DNA of 64,000 nt from Sphyrna mokarran (taxonomy: Eukaryota): contig JAGIQG010000016.1 in assembly GCA_024679065.1 (NCBI GenBank), positions 36,208,001-36,272,000 of the forward strand. The letters are read 5' to 3'. Each line of letters begins with the position of its first letter. Within the stretch, counting starts at the first letter, position 1. Below the pieces are notes generated by a model. That model ran no database searches. It had not been told where the DNA came from and saw nothing but the letters and a program-made list of their open reading frames with translations. The position numbers and the translations under genes are program-made. Of this stretch, positions 62,770-64,000 are shown one piece after another.

Positions 62770-63995
62770 AATAAAAATCAGCCCAAATCTAAATGTTCCA
62801 ATTGCTACTCTGTCAGTCTACTCCCAGTCATCAGCAAAATGATGAAACATGGCATCAACAATGCTACCAAGCAGCAACAACTCAGGAGTAACCCGCTCTT
62901 CAGCACTTATTTGGAATCATTCAGGTTCAGTCCTATTGCAGCCTTGTTCGAATCATGGAAAAAAGAGCAGAGGGGAAGTGAATGTAACTCGCCTTGACAT
63001 CAAGGCAGCCTGTGATTTCTTTAAAATTCATTTATGTGATGTGGGCATCATTCGCTCGGCCAGCATTCATTGTCCATTCCTAATCCCCCTGGGATGATGA
63101 TGAGTTTCCTTCTTGAACGCTACAGAGTTAGCATCAAGGAGCCCAACCAAAATTGTAGTCAATGGGTATCAAGAGGTAAACTCTCCACTGGCTGGAATCA
63201 TAAGTAGCGCAAAGGTCAATATCATGGTTGCTGGAGGCCAATCATCTCAACCCCAGAACATTGTTACAGGAATTTTTCAAGGTAGAGTTTAGGGTCCAAC
63301 TATCTTCAACTACTTTATCACTAATCTTTTCTCCATTGTAAGGTCAGAATTGGGATGTTTGCTGATGATTGCTGAGTGTACGTTACCATTCAGTACTGAA
63401 GTTGTCTGCATTTGCATGCAGAAAAGCTTGGACAGCGTTGCGATTTCGGCTGTTAGGTGGCAATTAACATGCCAAGGAATGACTATTTCCAACAAGAGAG
63501 AGTCTAAAAAAAGCTTCCTTTACACTCCATGGTGCTACCATTATTAAATTTACCCAATATCAATATCCTGTGGATTACAAGTGACTAGAAATGGAGCAAT
63601 CACATAAATATTGTGACTAGAAGAGTAGCTCAGAGGCTAGGAATTCTGCAGAGAATAACTCACCTCCTGACTCCTCAAAGCCCATTTACCATTCACAAGG
63701 CTCAAGTCAGGAGTGTAATGGAATGAATACTTTTCACTTTCTTGAATGAGTATAGCTGCAGCAACTCCCAAGAGGCTCAAAACCATTCAGAAAAAAGTGA
63801 CCCATTTGATCAGCATCCCATCTACCATTTCAGATGTTCACTCCACCACTAGTCCATAATGAGAGCAGTGTGTTCTGCATACAAGAGGTACTGAAGTCAC
63901 TCAGCAAGACTCCTTCAATGGCACCCTCTAAACATGTCATCTCTACAGCGACACAGTGTGATTTGCAGCAGTTTAAGAAAGTAGTTCATCACCAT
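62770..63995 (+). mobile_element. Decayed CR1-group LINE RT region with a nested antisense tail (63020-63125)
   Basis: NCYSVSLLPVISKMMK, LDIKAACD, FQGRV*GPTIFNYFI.NL, MFADD, YKAQVRSVME. Confidence 0.85.
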
Positions 63996-64000
63996 CATTT

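Overview
This is non-coding, repeat-dense vertebrate DNA, almost certainly from a shark (elasmobranch), and looks like a large intron or gene desert. The main evidence is about 14 HE1/V-SINE copies, plus decayed CR1, L2 and L1-type LINEs and Deu-domain SINEs. No intact protein-coding gene, true tRNA/rRNA gene, CRISPR array or prokaryotic system is supportable. The long ORFs in the track are LINE/SINE read-throughs or chance ORFs. Points of interest: (1) a Penelope-like GIY-YIG 3' end and several related short elements with minimal hammerhead-ribozyme cores (CTGAnGA...GAAA), some as fold-back hairpins; (2) a fossil PIF/Harbinger transposon with transposase and Myb/SANT relics, plus TIR-bounded derivatives; (3) a recent 138-bp templated copy of flanking DNA inside an HE1 SINE, and filler DNA at SINE 5' junctions; (4) multi-level nested insertions; (5) repeat-free blocks that retain CpG and may be conserved enhancers or small exons. 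All family calls come from motif recognition by eye, with no database search, and boundaries of decayed elements are approximate.
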